A DNA stretch of 64,000 nucleotides from Antedon mediterranea (Eukaryota; Animalia; Echinodermata): the NCBI RefSeq assembly GCF_964355755.1, contig NC_092680.1, forward strand, positions 12,843,045 through 12,907,044, given 5' to 3'. The position numbers were made by a program, and so were the translations under genes. Below, piece by piece: positions 36,576 through 51,556 of the stretch. The notes below the pieces were generated by a model, which saw only the letters and a program-made list of their open reading frames with translations, did no database searches and had not been told where the DNA came from. The number at the start of each line of letters is the position of its first letter. Position 1 is the first letter of the stretch.

Positions 36576-39154
36576 CATTCATGTGCCATAATGTGACATA
36601 ACGCAACATATTTAAGCAATAGTGCATAAAGCAATACGTTTTTATCAATCTTAATATTGTCATTGTTGCTTACTTTGACCGAAGTAACTGTGTTTATTTA
36701 TGAATTATTCTCTCCTAATTTAATAAACACCGTGCAATTTTGTATGAATTATCAGAAACGTGTTCACTCCAGTTAAAAATAAATACAGTTTCTCATTTGT
36801 ATAAAACGGGATTATTTGAATCCGTGTTCATCTGATGCATACAATGTGCAATATGTATTTTGGCGACATTAACAATTACATTTTGAAATTACGTATTTTA
36901 TGTAGGACAGTTAGCCTACTCTTTTTCAAATTTTCCTCCACGAGGTCTACTCTTACTAGGCCCATTACATAGGGTTTGAGAAACCGTCTTCCAAATAAGC
37001 TTGAATCTCTCACTCAGTAAAGCTTGGTTCCCACTAGAGAGATGCAACGCAATGACAAGCCTGATCACTGTTCGAATAATCCATCGCTTGCGTTACGTCC
37101 TTGCGTTACGTCGCTAGTGGGAACCAAGCTTTAGTAGACTCTAATATCAACTGCGTCTACGGTAACTAATTAAAATGTAGATAATAACATAGCAGCAACA
37201 CCTATCCGAATTCCAATGACAACCAACAGTGATTGGTTTTCTTATTTCTTTAATAGGCCTAATATCCCTATGGTATCAACCATAATAATTATTATAGAAT
37301 TGATAATTATAATTACTTAAAAGTAGGCATGATATCTCACTATTCATCATTCGAATTTTACTGTTTTTTTTTGTAAATAACTTTTTATACAAATAGTATA
37401 TAAATATATTGTATTAAAAATGATCTGTGTATTCTTTTGTTTTGCCGTAAGTGATCACCGCGGCGGCGGCGCGTCGATGCGACTATTTTAACGGCGTTCA
37501 GAATTCGAACATAGTACCATGAGGAAAAAAGTTATTTTTCCTCCATTTAATGGCAATACCGAGAATCGGATGGCATTATTACGAGTTTTCTCATAAAAAT
37601 GTTGTTAACTAAAAAAGGAAATGAACTAATGTCTCATTTTGGCCTACTACGTTTTAGTGTTTATGTTATATATATATTGTAATAGTCCAGTGGTTTTAGT
37701 TCATGTGCTAAACACAGTTGTTCTGCTTGAGGCCACTCAAAATGCCAATGTGTCTATTTACATATGTTAACTTACACAGAATGACGCTTTAATTACTTGG
37801 ATCTAAACAAAACATGCCAGCAGTATTTAAGGTAAATAACAAGTGCATTATTGATCAGCAGTTCACAATGACATTGTGTTGACTGGAGGTCATTTAGTCC
37901 AAGACATTGTTGACCATACATTTACATTACAATTTAGAAGATAAACCAGTCTATCATTGGCATATGATCTAACAATTACAGCATCAACCATGGTCTACGA
38001 ACAAAAATATTTCCGAAAACTAAATGTATGCCTAACTTTAATTGAGGTATTGTATAAAACTAACTAACTATTTTAACCATAACTATGATATTTATTCCAA
38101 ATTCAAATGAAATTATTGAGAGAGGATTTTAGAGGGTAATTCGTTTATAAGTTGAAAATACATTAGCCACTATTTCTCATCAGAGATCAAAGGATTAAAA
38201 TTTTGTTTAAAAACAAAACAAGGCGCTGACGCCCTAATAGTCTGTTTAAATTATGCGCAACGCATTGTTAAAACGATCAGCAGAAATAGAACACATATTA
38301 TAATGTGCCTTGAAAACGAAATGCATCTTTAAGAAAACATTCAAAGTTGTTATATCTCTATTATCAATTAAGTGTACAATATTGGATTGTGTCAATGAAG
38401 AAAGTGCAATATAAAGTGTTCAGTAATTGATGGAGTAAGGTTAAGCAAAATGACATCACACAATATACATAGCAAATTCTCCAACGAATCGAATCTTTAT
38501 TGATCGATAGGCCTACAAAGAACATAGAAATTACACAACTTGACTACCTTGACATGGGACTATTCAATGGAACGGGAGACATACTAGACAATGTTTAACT
38601 TCTCAAGATCTGTCCACACTATCAAACCTTATGTGACAAAATAATGTGATGTGACTAATGGCCATATCACTACCATATTTAAACATAATTATCTCTAGGC
38701 CTACCATATTATTTGGGCACACTTTTTTGTCGAACTAGTTTGATAGTGTATACAAAGCCTTAGACTTTAAATTATCAGAATCTTGTACAAAAATGTAAAC
38801 ATTGTATTGGTTAACACCATAGAGATATTATAATATCTCTATGTTAACACACACAAATAATTTAGTGACAACGAGCACAAAGTGGTACTCGTATTTACAG
38901 GACACAAAGTTGAACGTGCACGCATTTCCAAAGATGTATCATCCTTTTTTCCAACAGCCAAATTTAAACATTTTTAGTAAAGTATCCATTAATTATGTAA
39001 AGCTCCATCTACACTATCAAACTATATTTGACAACAAAATGTGATGTACCCATATATGGACATGATGATGTCATATCACTACCATATTTGGGCATATCAC
39101 TACCATATTTTGTTGTCAAACTAGTTTGATAGTGTAGACTATTTTGGTTTATTT

Positions 39155-42100
39155 CTACAGTCGTGTTGTATTATTTCGTTCGTTGATAATTTTGCCAATG
39201 TCATGCTCTGTTTCGCAAAAACTAACAGACGTGGTTGTTGTTTCCACGGCTGAAATACTCGCCAATCCTTCGTTTTGTACATGATGCACGCAACCATTCA
39301 TTTTTCCATTCAATGTTACTCTTTGTTGTACATTACTTGAATGTTCGTCATATACATACGCGTCGTTCGCTTGTCCAATAGAATCGTGTCCGGCTGTGAC
39401 GATTTCGGTTCCCGTATGTCGTCCACAAGTTGGAATTAACGTACATCCGACATGATGTCCACAACACCACACACTGCACGCACCGGGTGTTGTTGCATAT
39501 TTCTTGAATTCGATGTTTCTTGAAATTTGCTTTCTCACTTTCTCGATTGCCATGTCCACCTTTGGAGAAAAAATACAGAAATTGAATTTACTAGGAATTT
39601 GGATGAATATGTGATACCGTGTAGTGCTCTTATTCGAGGTTCGCGTAAAGGCCAATTTACACAGACGAGCAGTAACGCTTGGTTCCCACTAGGACCCAAC
39701 GCAAGGACGTAAACGCAACGCAAGCGGGTTGACCAATGACAATTAGCTAGCGACAGGTCGAATCGCTTGTGATTGGTCAACTCACGTTGCGTTACGTCCT
39801 TGTGTTGCGCCTCTAGTGGGAACAAAGCATTACGGTAATAAAAATATAGAATCTAGGCCTACTGTATGTTATTCCTTAAGCGTGTTTCCCACTAGAACGC
39901 AACGCAGCGACGTATTGACGCAAAGCGTTGTATTGCGTAATCACAAGTGGGAACCGACGACGCAATATAGCAATATAGTGCTGTAAACATCACAGATTTG
40001 ATTTCACGCAGGTGGGGGAAAACACGATTATTGGAAGAGCATTTGCTTACGTTGCGTAGATTGCGTTACGTGCGTCGCTAGTGGGAACCAAGCTTTATTA
40101 CTATTTACACACAACGCTCTGGAGCGGACAAGCGGTTTCCGCTCATGATAGATACAGACTATTCGTGGGACAAGCTACGCGGTTTTCCGCTTACCGTTAC
40201 CGCTTTTCTGTGTAAATTGGACTTAACTTCTCTTTCTTATTTTATTTGTCGGTGATGATATAGAGATGATAGAAGATAACAAAGTTAGTTCGGAGGAGGA
40301 TCACACCATTCGTGGTGATAGTGGTTTCTCCTCTTGTTTATATGTTATGCTAAGTAAAGTCCTTTTAAATGAATAAAACTTACGTCAGCAATTCTGTATC
40401 GCAGTTTTGTCTCCGTGTCAGCCTCTTCTTCAAAAACCTCTTCGTCCGATTTTGTTTGAATTAAAAATCGTATATTAAATGTACCACGTAAAGATAGGAC
40501 CTGGTGGAAGACAAATAGTATATAAGACTTGAGTTTGGGGTAACATGAATGCAGACATTGATTTCTAGTTAGTATTGTTCTACGCTATGTTGAAATCAGT
40601 ACTAACATATATTAATGTATTTTATTAATTGAATGTTATTCTTTAACTTTGTATACAACCCCCCTCCCCCCCGCCTTTTTTTTTAAATATAGTTTTTTGT
40701 TAATGAATAACATTTATTAAATTTATTTCGTATATGTAAGTATATATTTTTTTTTTGCTGATTAGTATTTAGAAAATATTTAACTACCTTGGGAACAAAT
40801 ATGACAAGTATTGTTGCTGTGGTTGCTAACCATGTAAGTGACGCAATGATGACGTAAGCAAGCTCTGGTTCTTGCTCCAGTATGAACGATAGTGGTGCGC
40901 AGACGATACTCAGGGTTAATATGATGTATATTGAGATTCCATTCATAAAAGTATCATTCAAATTCCGAATTTTCAAATGACGTGTTTCGTATGATAAAAA
41001 TGCACCTTAAAAAAAAATAAGTACACGGTTGTTAGGCGAACATTAATGTGAAGAACATTGGGAAATACGAAATATTTACGAAATACTTACAACCACTTCC
41101 ACCACACACAACCACTGCAACCAACCAATTACGAACCGTGCCACAACCATTCGCGGTCGTCAACACCATCACAACTTACGACCACTGTCCAGTGGTCACA
41201 ACCACTCACGAACAGGATCACAGCCACTCACGACCACCAGTTGCGACCACTGCAACCAACCAATCATGAAAAGTGACACAACCGATCACTCTCACCACCA
41301 CTAACATTGATTTATACCAACTAATACATTTTAAACATACCCAATAGAAGTAATAGGCCGTTAAACACGTAGAAGATTGCAACAAAATAAGACGAGGTTC
41401 CTTTTGCACAGAACGCCACCTCACTTATCGTCCGTGTATTCGTCTGTGTGTCCAGCTAATTATTTTTAAAAAAGGTATTGTCAATTGTAATAATTTACAG
41501 TATAATTAGATCAGAAAGTTAGCTTTATTTTAATTGGCTATTGATTAAAATGCGTACGTTGATTACGTGGTTACGTTCTCAGGACGCAACACAAGGACCA
41601 ATCTCAAGCGACACTTCGAATAATCCATAGCGTTTGATTGCGTTGCGGCTTAAGCCCTTGCGTTGCGGCTTACCCCTTGCGTTGCGGCTTAAGCCCTTTC
41701 GTTGCGCAATGGGAACCAAGCTTTAAATGTATTATTCATATAAAGATAAATTGTATGTTAAACTCACGTAAGAATCCGTCTCTTCAATTACGACTTCTAG
41801 CGGAAATTGGACCATCCAGATTATTAACACGATGACGTCAAACGCTAAGCAAAACAACACTGTTTTGATCATGTGACCACAATGTGATCCCTGATTAAAT
41901 AACAAATATAAATTAATATTAATTAACATTTCGTTTTCAGAAGCTTATTGCTAATGAATATATTAAAGGAGTTGAACAAGTTAGATCAAATATATCAACA
42001 AAAGATCACTAAACCAAGTGGCATGTCAAAATGACTTTTAATTTTATAAATAAAGAGGCGTAGAATATTCGGTATTGTAGTTTGTCATACCAAGGCAATC

Positions 42101-45100
42101 TAACAACATGACACTGAGCCGCCTTGCCAAGATAGGAACTCGTAACAGTCTTTTAATCTTTTGCCTGGCTGTGGCTGCGACAAATACCATATGTAGATAT
42201 TCTCTGTTAAGGGGCGTGTAACTGATCGTGTCGCAGCCACAGATAAACCCTTTGATCTCCGGAACTCGGCATCCTGTTGTTAGATTGTGCCTTGTTCATA
42301 CTTACAGGTATCCATGGGTTGAGTTTTGACGTGTAAACTGAATGAGCTCTATATATTTTACTAAACAACACTCCATATGCGCACGAGAAGCCTATAACAA
42401 ATACCCACGCTCGTATCTATAAGGAAAATACAACAACATTCAAGTATGAACCAAACAGACGTAAACCGTTATAGTGTTATGTATATGTATATGTATTTAT
42501 TTTCGAATAATCCAATCAATATTTTTCCCACTTGTACGCACGCACGCAAGCAAGGACGGATCCTCCGAACTGTCGTTTGTCCGCTATAGGACGCAATGAT
42601 ATTAAAGACGAATTCAAGCTTGGTTCTCAATATAGGACGCAACGCGTGGACGTAAGCGCAACGCAAGCGAGTTGACCAATCACAAACGACAAGTCGAATA
42701 ATCCATCACCTGTGATTGGTCAAATTATAACGTCGCGCTTAAGTTCTTGCTTTGCAACCTGTAGGAACCAAGAGGTAAGCGCCCAATTATTTACGTTTGT
42801 CGGCCATCTACGTACATCAGTTAAAAACTTACCGTACACCAAGTTGCGAGTGTGTCGTCATCATCAACGTGTCCTCTATCAATACTTAATGTTACAATAG
42901 TTATGTAAATGAAGGTACATCCAAGTAGAAAGAGAAACTGGAATACTGGTGTACTCTTCTGTATCAATCTGTGGAGTTTTAACGAGTTAAAAAAAAAATT
43001 TATTTAAGGTTAATCACGTGTTTTTGTTGTTTTTTTTTGTGTGTTTTAGCCTAATGCTACTTACATAAAATTGAAATTTATTAGTTGTTTTTAATTAGTT
43101 CTAGTTTTCTCCCTCTCGCTCTAACTCCAGGGAACAACTTTGTGCAAACGCGACTCTACAGCTCACTATATCGGTCTGTTTGTTGGTCGATAAACACTAA
43201 CTCAAATTTGAGCACGCGACTGCAGCCATGTATATGGCCGGCTGTTTAATTTAAGTTGTCATGGTTTTCAGATTATTGGTTTTTTAGACTTAACAGTGAT
43301 GTCTGATTAAGAAATATTTTATACCAAATTAAGGCGTATTTGGCTGGGCTGTTTTGAACAGACAATCGACAGAAAGCTCCTTTAATTTCTCGCTGTTTAT
43401 ATGCGAGCAATGGCAGAAGCTCACTGTGAGTTGTTTGCGAGTGACCAGGCGTCGAATCCGCATATTATTATTAGTGTCTTATAAAGTCAGGGGAAAGTGG
43501 CAAAAGGTTTCCTCCTCCGATTTTTATCAGATAATCTATATTGTTTTGACTACTCTTGTAACAAGACCACAGTGCTGATTTTGACATTTTCCTCTTAACT
43601 GTATATTCTATGACTTAATTATTTCTTACTTTCCATTTTTTGTTGTTTTTAAATGATGAAATTGAAAACTAATTGTATTTCTTACTCTCGTTTCCAATAG
43701 TAGGCAACGAACCCTGCAAAGACGGCAACCATCACAAGACCACAGCATGACAGAGCACCGAAGATATAATGGAAAGTTAGAGATATATGCTTCGGTGAGT
43801 ACACGTTTAATGTGCTGTCTTTTGGTGGCCCATCTCCTGTAAAAACAACTGATTTAAATGTCTACAATTCACGCAATTTTCTAGTATCTCTGTACTGAGA
43901 CTCAACTAATTGAGTAGGTTCCTACGTTTTTATTAGCTAGATCCATCATCAATAATTTAGAAAAGTAATAATTTTGATTCGTGGATGGATGACATCAAAG
44001 AGTAGACTGGACTGGGAACCTACGCTGACGTCAAAAGGATGGCAGAGGACAGGGACGATTGGAAGGTCATGATTGCCAACCTTTGGACCGAAGGTTAAGA
44101 CGGCACATGAATGAATGAATGAATGCAAAATGTGAGTGGTAAGAATACCAAGGGATAGATAATGAGCATGAAATAATGACAATGGTTGATGATTAGTCTG
44201 ATTATTAAAAGAAAGTTGATAGGATCATGTAAATAATTCTTTTCTGTTTAAAACTGCTAAAATAAATGTGTCTGACGAGGTTGATTATACAGGTTTAATA
44301 CACGGCAGCATAGCTCTGCAATTAGTTCACAGCACTAATGGCGATTATAAATTACTGAGTTTAGAGAAGTCTCTAATTTGAAATTGAAAAACCTTAATTG
44401 AAAAACTATGTTTGCCTTCAAATGGATATAAGTCAAACATTAAGAAATGTTATGAAAATTAGGCCCTAAAAACATGCTTGCGGTACCTTTCCATATAATA
44501 GGTGCGTAACCTTCTAACGTAAGTTTTCCAGATTGTGGCTCGAATCTTCCAATTGCGACATTCTCACCTCCTAATGATTAAAAAAATAATACATGCAAAT
44601 CATAATATAAAACATAATGTATGAGTTACTATAATAATAGAACAGTAAATAATAACAATAGGCTACAGTAAACAAAAACTTGTATAGCGCCGGTATCCCC
44701 CACCCATGTGAAGCTAGCTCATGGCGCTTAATCCAAGTACGTCGGCAGCGAATAGCGACGTCTTCAGGTTGGTCTTGAAATTGTTCAGATTAGTTGTATC
44801 TTAAGGGGCGTGGAACTATCGTGTCGCAGGCACAGGTAAACCCTATGATCTCCGGAGCTCAGCATTCTGGTGTTAGATTACCTTGGTAAAACACCAAGTC
44901 TGGTGGGTACACATTCCCTGGTAATTATGTAGGTGCTGGTCTCTTGGTGTAATGTCAGTTGGTACAGACAGCAGCTCGATTATCCGGTCTCTTATTTCTG
45001 TGGTGCCTTCTTCTTCTTGGATCCATACTATAAATCCATAATTTATACAGAAATATATTATTTTTAAAATAGTAAAGTAACCATACCTTGCATCTGGCGT

Positions 45101-48100
45101 AATCCAATCAAACCTTCTCTATCACCCGAGCTTGTGAAGCTTACAGGACCCTAAATTTCAAACGGAGAAAAGTTTAAATTATATTATGTATAATATTACA
45201 GTCATTACCTCTCAACACATGTTCATTTGCGTTAATCTCTGTCTACACTATGAAACTGTATGTGACAAAAAAATGATGTGCCCATATATAAACACAATGA
45301 TGTCATATCACTACCATATTTGGGCATATCACTACCATATTTGGGCACTTGTTTGTCAAACTAGTTCGATAGGACATGGTACCTTGTGTATCTTATAGCG
45401 TGATGAATAACTGGGGGTACTTTAAAAGAATGGATATAAAGCTCTGTCTACACCATCAAACTTTATGTGACAACAAAATGTGATGAACTAGTTTAATAGT
45501 GTAGACAAAGATTTAGATGTGAATTATTAACCTACTGATATTCCATCAAACTCGATACTTTCCATGGTTGTCATAAACACATTCCTCATGTCGGTACTTG
45601 AGTACGTGAAATCACTTAACTTTATGTGAGGCGATTCTAATCATAAATTAAAAAGGTAAGCGAATGAAATGAGTGTTAATTGATAAATTCATATTTAATG
45701 AAAATTAAATCAGTATAGCTTTATTAAATTAGTGGCGTTTAGGTGATGATTTAAATGATATATACCTTCCACTATACACATTTAATGATTAGGCCATTAA
45801 CAAGACATTCTATTTATGGATGATAGAGTAGGCCTATTAATATAAATAATAATTGTCTTTTGTATATAGCGCTTAACCAAAATAAATTTTCTCTAAAGCG
45901 CTACGACCACAATGCTCGAAACTAGGTAGAAATTACGTCAATTCATATTCAATACGAAAGAGATGGGTTACTATTATTATATGCAGTAGCGTAACGGATA
46001 AGAACTCTCACTGGCTAAACCCAGAGGCCCCGGAGCTTATGTGGCCCCTGAGCAGTGCCCAGAGGAGGAGGACCACTTAGGGTTCTTAAACAAGGGGCCT
46101 CATGTCTTTACGTTACGCCACTGATTGCTTGTATTTACCTTTTTGCAGAAATTGTATGCTTTCATTAAGTACAAGCGCAATGCTCCATATGGCGTCGTAC
46201 GCGTATGACGCCAGGTCATTTATATCATCAGAACCTTCTTGTGCTGAGTAAGTCATGTACGATTCTTCAAATTCGTTAGGTGTCTAGCAAAAAAGGGGAG
46301 AAAAAAGGCCAAGTATATCGAATTGATGCTTAATTATTTGTAAAAGCTTGGGTGAAACCTCTTGACGTAATAATATAATTACGAAGGACCGATTTCACTC
46401 CGAGTAGGCCTTAAGCTTGGTTCCCACTAGCGACGCAACACAAGGACGTAACGCAACGTAAGTGATTTGACTAATCACAAGGGATGGATTATTCGAATAG
46501 TGGATTGTCATTGGTCAACTGTTGCGTGTACGTCCTTGCGTTGCGTATCTATAGTGGAAACCACGCTTTAAAAATGCCGGGATTCCAATAATGCTGTCGT
46601 CTGAAATGGCAGATCTATAAGCGGCTATCTCTATCGCACCAGCCCTACTGAATACGGAATACAAACAGCACATCGCACACAATTTGTTATTTGTACACTT
46701 ACTAATGCGCTACCATCTTCTTCCTAGATTTAAACATCTACATTTTTACTTATAGATATGGTGTTTGATACTCACCAGTCCAGAGATGGTAACTTGATCC
46801 GTATCTATACTCAACGGCAGATCTTCTGTTGAAAAGTATCCTTCGACAGCTTGGTACAGCTGCTCAGGGGTGCAGTCTATTGCGTGATCTGGCTCCTCCC
46901 ACCAACGAGGTTTGTACCAGCCTAGTAAAAACCAGGCGTAATTTCTACCGTAAAGGCCTTCTTTGTAAACCTAATTAAGAAACCACATTAGTTTTACAAA
47001 ATGTTTTTAATTGTTTGTAACTATAACTGTGGTGTAGCTTTGCGTAAAATGTAGAGTAATTGCTCAGAAGTTTGCCCTACTCTTACGTAATGTGTCCTTT
47101 ATACTAAGTACATTGAGAATACTTGTGAAAAAAAAGTCTTAAGGCTAAACTCAGACAGCGTCGTACGATGAGGCCCGACGATTCATCACTTCGGGAGAAA
47201 ATTAAACATGATTTAAGTTCTCGCGACGACTTAAAAAATACGCCCGGCGCTATATCAAGACGACTCGTCTCGTCGGAATTCAACTCAGACAGCACCAACG
47301 TATCAAGACGACTTGTCGCGGGCCTCGTCGTACGACACTGTCTGAGTTGGTCTTTACTACTAAAATATAATAACATATTATTCTTATTAATAACGTATCT
47401 AAACGGGAGTATCATTCACTTACCTCACAGAATACTCTTCTTGCCATATTTTCATAAAAGTTTCCGAAAATAATCCATGCTCCTTTCTCCTAAAAAAAAA
47501 ATTAAATGTTATATAGGCAGGTGTTTTGCTGGTGGTTTACGCCACATTAAGAGAGAGAGAGAAAAAAATATCATTCGAATATCAAAATACCTTTAGATTA
47601 CGTATTTGTTCGGCCGGATCGATTGCGAAGCTTTCTGACGTAATAAGTGTAACGTTCTCTTCTGTGAGTAGCGACCCGAATCGGTTGATCGACTTTGTAA
47701 AAAAAAACAAAGAGAGAAAAAATTAATAAAACGTGTTGTATCGAGATTTAGTTACAGGCCTATAATTAATATTTGACTAGTTGTATTTGACCGTAAAAAC
47801 AGTAGTCGACAACCTATTTGACATCGAATGTTGGCAATATTCTAAAGAACCAGCAACGAAATATCGATGACAATTCGTTAGTAACAACCTACACCTTCAA
47901 CTGGTGCGCTTAGGCCTATGTATAGAGCCTGGGAATGTTAATCATCATTCTCTATCCAACACCATTTCTCGGACCAAAGTATAGTTGATTGAAACATCTA
48001 TATCTATCAATAAGCAGACAATAAAATATACACATACAGTTGAAAATAATTCTTGGTTCTCGTGTATCGTTGCCACTCTAGTCCATTTAAACAACTTGAT

Positions 48101-51100
48101 CATAGCTAGACGTGCGTAGTTGAAGATCGTATCAGACGCGCATGTCCGGTAAAACGATTTATATTTGTTGCGATCACTCAAAGCCGGGTTTGATGCCGCG
48201 TATGACATCTATATAAATAAAATAAAATGTAATAGGCATGGTTAAAGTTTATAAATTGTGCAGGCCTACTGAATGTATTTGAATGTTCAAGGAGGCGATA
48301 CGACCCGCCAGCCTATTACGCCACTTCATTTAAGCTTGAGGCAACGCAAGGACGTAAGCGCAACGCTAAGCGTTGACCAATGACAAGCGATAATTTGAAT
48401 ATTCCATCGCTTTGTGATTGGTCAAATTACTTGCATTGCTCTTGCGTTGCGTCCAGTGGGAACCAAGCTTTAATTTTAAGGTGGCGCAACGGTTAGTAAC
48501 GGTGACTTTTAGTTCCAATGAAAAGGTTAAGTCTCTCCGTCATATAGGCTAATGTTGAAGGCATGTTCACTCCATAACCTATTTGGGATGCAGAGGCGTG
48601 TATATCGCATTATTAGAGCAAATTGATTTTATTTTCCAGTATTCGAATTTAAGTCCCTCTGTCATTTAACTCTGGCATAGGTTCGCATCATTACCTTTTT
48701 TAGGATGCAGAATTTTGTCGAAAATTTTATGTGTTGTCTCGTGGTTGTCTCCTGATTATTAAAAACAATATAGGCGCACATTATACGGCAGATTGAATAT
48801 TGATCTTAGACACTATTATGAACTGATCCACTTTATATTAATTTCATTTTTATTACCTGTACAATATTCCATAGATCCGCTGCCATGGAAACCGGTTCAG
48901 CGACAACAGAGCAGCCTGTACCCAGGAGCATAATGTACGTTCTGGTTGAGTTGATGAATGTAAAGAGTGATTTGGTACCAAGACCTGCAGTGCACTATGA
49001 CGTAAGAACAAGTTGACATTATAATCACTAGCATCATCTTAGTTAAATTCACAACAATTCAAAAATACCAAATTCACAAATAAAATGGGAAATAGAACTA
49101 GGTAAGGTAGACATTGATTGGAGTAATGTTTGGTACTATAAAGTTTATAGACTAAAACATATACCCAAAGTTGCTCATTTTAGTTTTAAACTTCTGCATA
49201 GAAATACTACTACCATGTAAAAAATGATTGAAAATCTGGAACTTAGCAGGTAATGATTTATGTGATGAATGTATAAACAAGGTTGAAACTGAAAAACACA
49301 TTTTATATAAATGCAGTGTAATTCAATGGATATGGCTTAAATTTAAAAATGTCATAGCTAAGAGCTTTTCAAACGAAGACCCAATAACCTGGTCTACAAT
49401 GATTACTGGATCAAATAACATAATTGTAAATGAATTGATTTTATTATTTATATTCTCTATATATAAGTTGCATAGGCCTATATTAACAAAACCTGAAAAA
49501 AAAGGAAACAACTATAAAAAAAAAGATCTGGAATCTTTTTATTACTGAAGTAAAGCATTTAATTGAAAAGGAGTGCTACTACTTTAAAGCTCAATGTAAA
49601 TGGGGAGATATAAAGCAAAACCTCCTTAAATTAATGAAATAAAAAAATGCTATTTGTATCTCTTAAATACATTGTATATAGGCCTAGGCCTAGTAACTAT
49701 ATTACTTTTAAGATATGTCATCCGGGTATGAAGCGTCTCACATACACACAGAGCCAAAATATTACCTTGGACTTGCACTTTGTATGGACTCTAACCTTAC
49801 GGTTTTCATTATATATTCCATCCTATCCATTCTAAACACCCTTTTTTTCAAGCTTTTGCATTCTTCGTTTTCATCTCATCCATTTTTTTCTTGGTATATT
49901 CTTCCCCTGAGTTTATAGCCTCTCTACCCACCCACGGACACGAACAGAATAAAACAACAATAATCACTTTTTCATAAGTACGTTTTTTTTAAATCAATTT
50001 TTATCGTCATTTTATTGCCATCGACATATTTTAACTAATTGTATTTTTAAAAATGTATATGAATGTAAATGTGGTTTCTTTTTAACATCAAAATAATCTT
50101 AGCCTATGTATATACTGTTCAAAAGATATGTATTTTTTTAACAATGTACCTTATAAATAAGAGAAATACATAAATGTGCATATATTATTATATTTATAAC
50201 AGAGAACTATAATAAAAGTGGGACGAACCCACACAAGACAAAAAAAAATTCACAACATATGACGACGGTAAAAGCCAATTTACAGACGAGAGGTAACGGT
50301 AAGCGGAAAACCGCGTAGCTTGTCTCACGTAGAATCCGTATCTATCCTCTGCGGCGGAAAACCGTCCGTCCGCTCCGCGTTGTGTGTAAATGGTCATAAG
50401 GAATAACATAGATTATTATTATTATCTTCAGCGCATTACAGGCGTTATGCAATAGATGAACATTATCATTATCCTAATAATTATGATCATTTAATTGTCA
50501 TCAATATGTTCATCATCGGTAATGATTTCATCACTATAAGTGCCGTTATTCGCACCATTTCACAACAATAGGCCTATCATAGGCCTACTAATTGACCACT
50601 AATTGGGGACTAACTGCCATTATGATGTATTGTCATTATCTATGTACGTACCATATTTGTAAGACAAATATATTACGAATGGTCATTTACTAATAGTCAT
50701 TTACGAATCCATTTATTAATTTAAATAATAGTCTTGAGTCTTAATCAATAATAAAATTGCTAAACTCAAATTAGGTGCTTATCATAATTAGCCAATAGTG
50801 CTAGCTATCATAATCCATGACGCTTTTAGTAATTGAAATAATTTGATGAGTCAGAGGGAGACATAATTGTTATAAAAAAACATGCTGTCTAGATTCATCA
50901 TGCAATAAAAAAGGGAGTAATAATAAAGAAAATTCGAAAGTACTATACGTAGCCTACGTCTAAATTAAGAGGTTTTCTTTTATAAGCATATGTGTTTTTA
51001 TACTTATGTTAAGAAGTAAATGTTCGCTAGTTTTTAGTCGCGTGCAACGCGACTCTACAGCTCACTATGGCCGTCGGTCAGTCTGTTGGTGGTCGGTAAA

Positions 51101-51556
51101 AACTAACTTGAACACGCGACTGCAGCCATGTATATGGTTTATTTAGTTTATTGAGGATAAGAATATATAGAATAAAACAACATAAAATAATATTAATACC
51201 TGTGTATCGCGCCAGTCAAGTGTGAGCCTGTACCCACCAAGCACGTCTGCACGCGCATTGACGTCACGTAGCGCCATATCGGCCGCAATGTAATAACTCT
51301 TTCCTCTCGAAAAGCTCTCACCAGTTACTGGAAAAAAGCCCATGATGTTCAAATCAACAACTTCTTCATCCGTTATATTATGTTTTACAGATAGGCCTAC
51401 ATCTGTCGGGGATTCTGTGCTTACATTGACTGGCAGCGTAGCTGGGGATACCATGTACGTGATTTCTTCTATGGTGTAGTTTTCGCCGCCGACAATTGGT
51501 GAAATTCGTAATAAAATTGATAACAACACAAAGTTACGTAGTGCATTCAATTCCAT
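39155..51556 (-). CDS. GABA-B receptor-like class C GPCR (~932 aa; Venus flytrap domain, 7TM, coiled coil)
   Basis: 18 phase-consistent exons: 51556-51200, 48994-48857, 48208-48038, 47692-47591, 47489-47424, 46970-46776, 46283-46139, 45636-45536, 45150-45087, 44570-44487, 43836-43686, 42968-42833, 42416-42306, 41890-41768, 41455-41341, 41005-40788, 40500-40384, 39559-39155. Motifs GCSVV, SYAASNPALSDR, GNFYE, LGWY, YAYDAIW, PPKD, FSKIYR, GAFLSYETR, LND, FVPK. No cysteine-rich domain. Confidence 0.92.
43980..44125 (+). mobile_element. RTE-clade LINE 3' fragment
   Basis: Encodes WMDDIKE*TGL...KRMAEDRDDWKVMIANL, followed by a (TGAA)n tail. Confidence 0.7.
47143..47353. mobile_element. Palindromic Harbinger-like MITE
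   Basis: TAA|ggctaaactcagacagcgtcgtacgatgaggcccg ... cgggcctcgtcgtacgacactgtctgagttggtct|TTA. Confidence 0.6.
49060..49647 (+). mobile_element. L1/Tx1-clade LINE 3' fragment (zinc-knuckle region), frameshifted
   Basis: KWEIEL...IDWSNVW...FSFKLLHR, then KIWNL...CDEC...ETEKHILYKC..IQWIW (CCHC zf-RVT pattern), ending in an A-rich tail. Antisense within a GPCR intron. Confidence 0.8.
51032..51140 (+). mobile_element. Helentron-associated short element (HINE/DINE-like)
   Basis: tttttagtcgcgtg start, subterminal inverse cacgcgact, 3' hairpin (g)ccatgtatatgg(c). Second copy at ~43140-43240. Confidence 0.5.

Noticed and set aside
41218-41424. Listed 68-aa minus-strand ORF as the GPCR TM5 exon
   Set aside because: The real exon (41455-41341) uses another frame (FCAKGTSSYFVAIFYVFNGLLLLLG) that fits the splice phases.
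47104-47473. Overlapping ~100-aa ORFs on both strands
   Set aside because: They arise from a GC-richer palindromic MITE in a GPCR intron.
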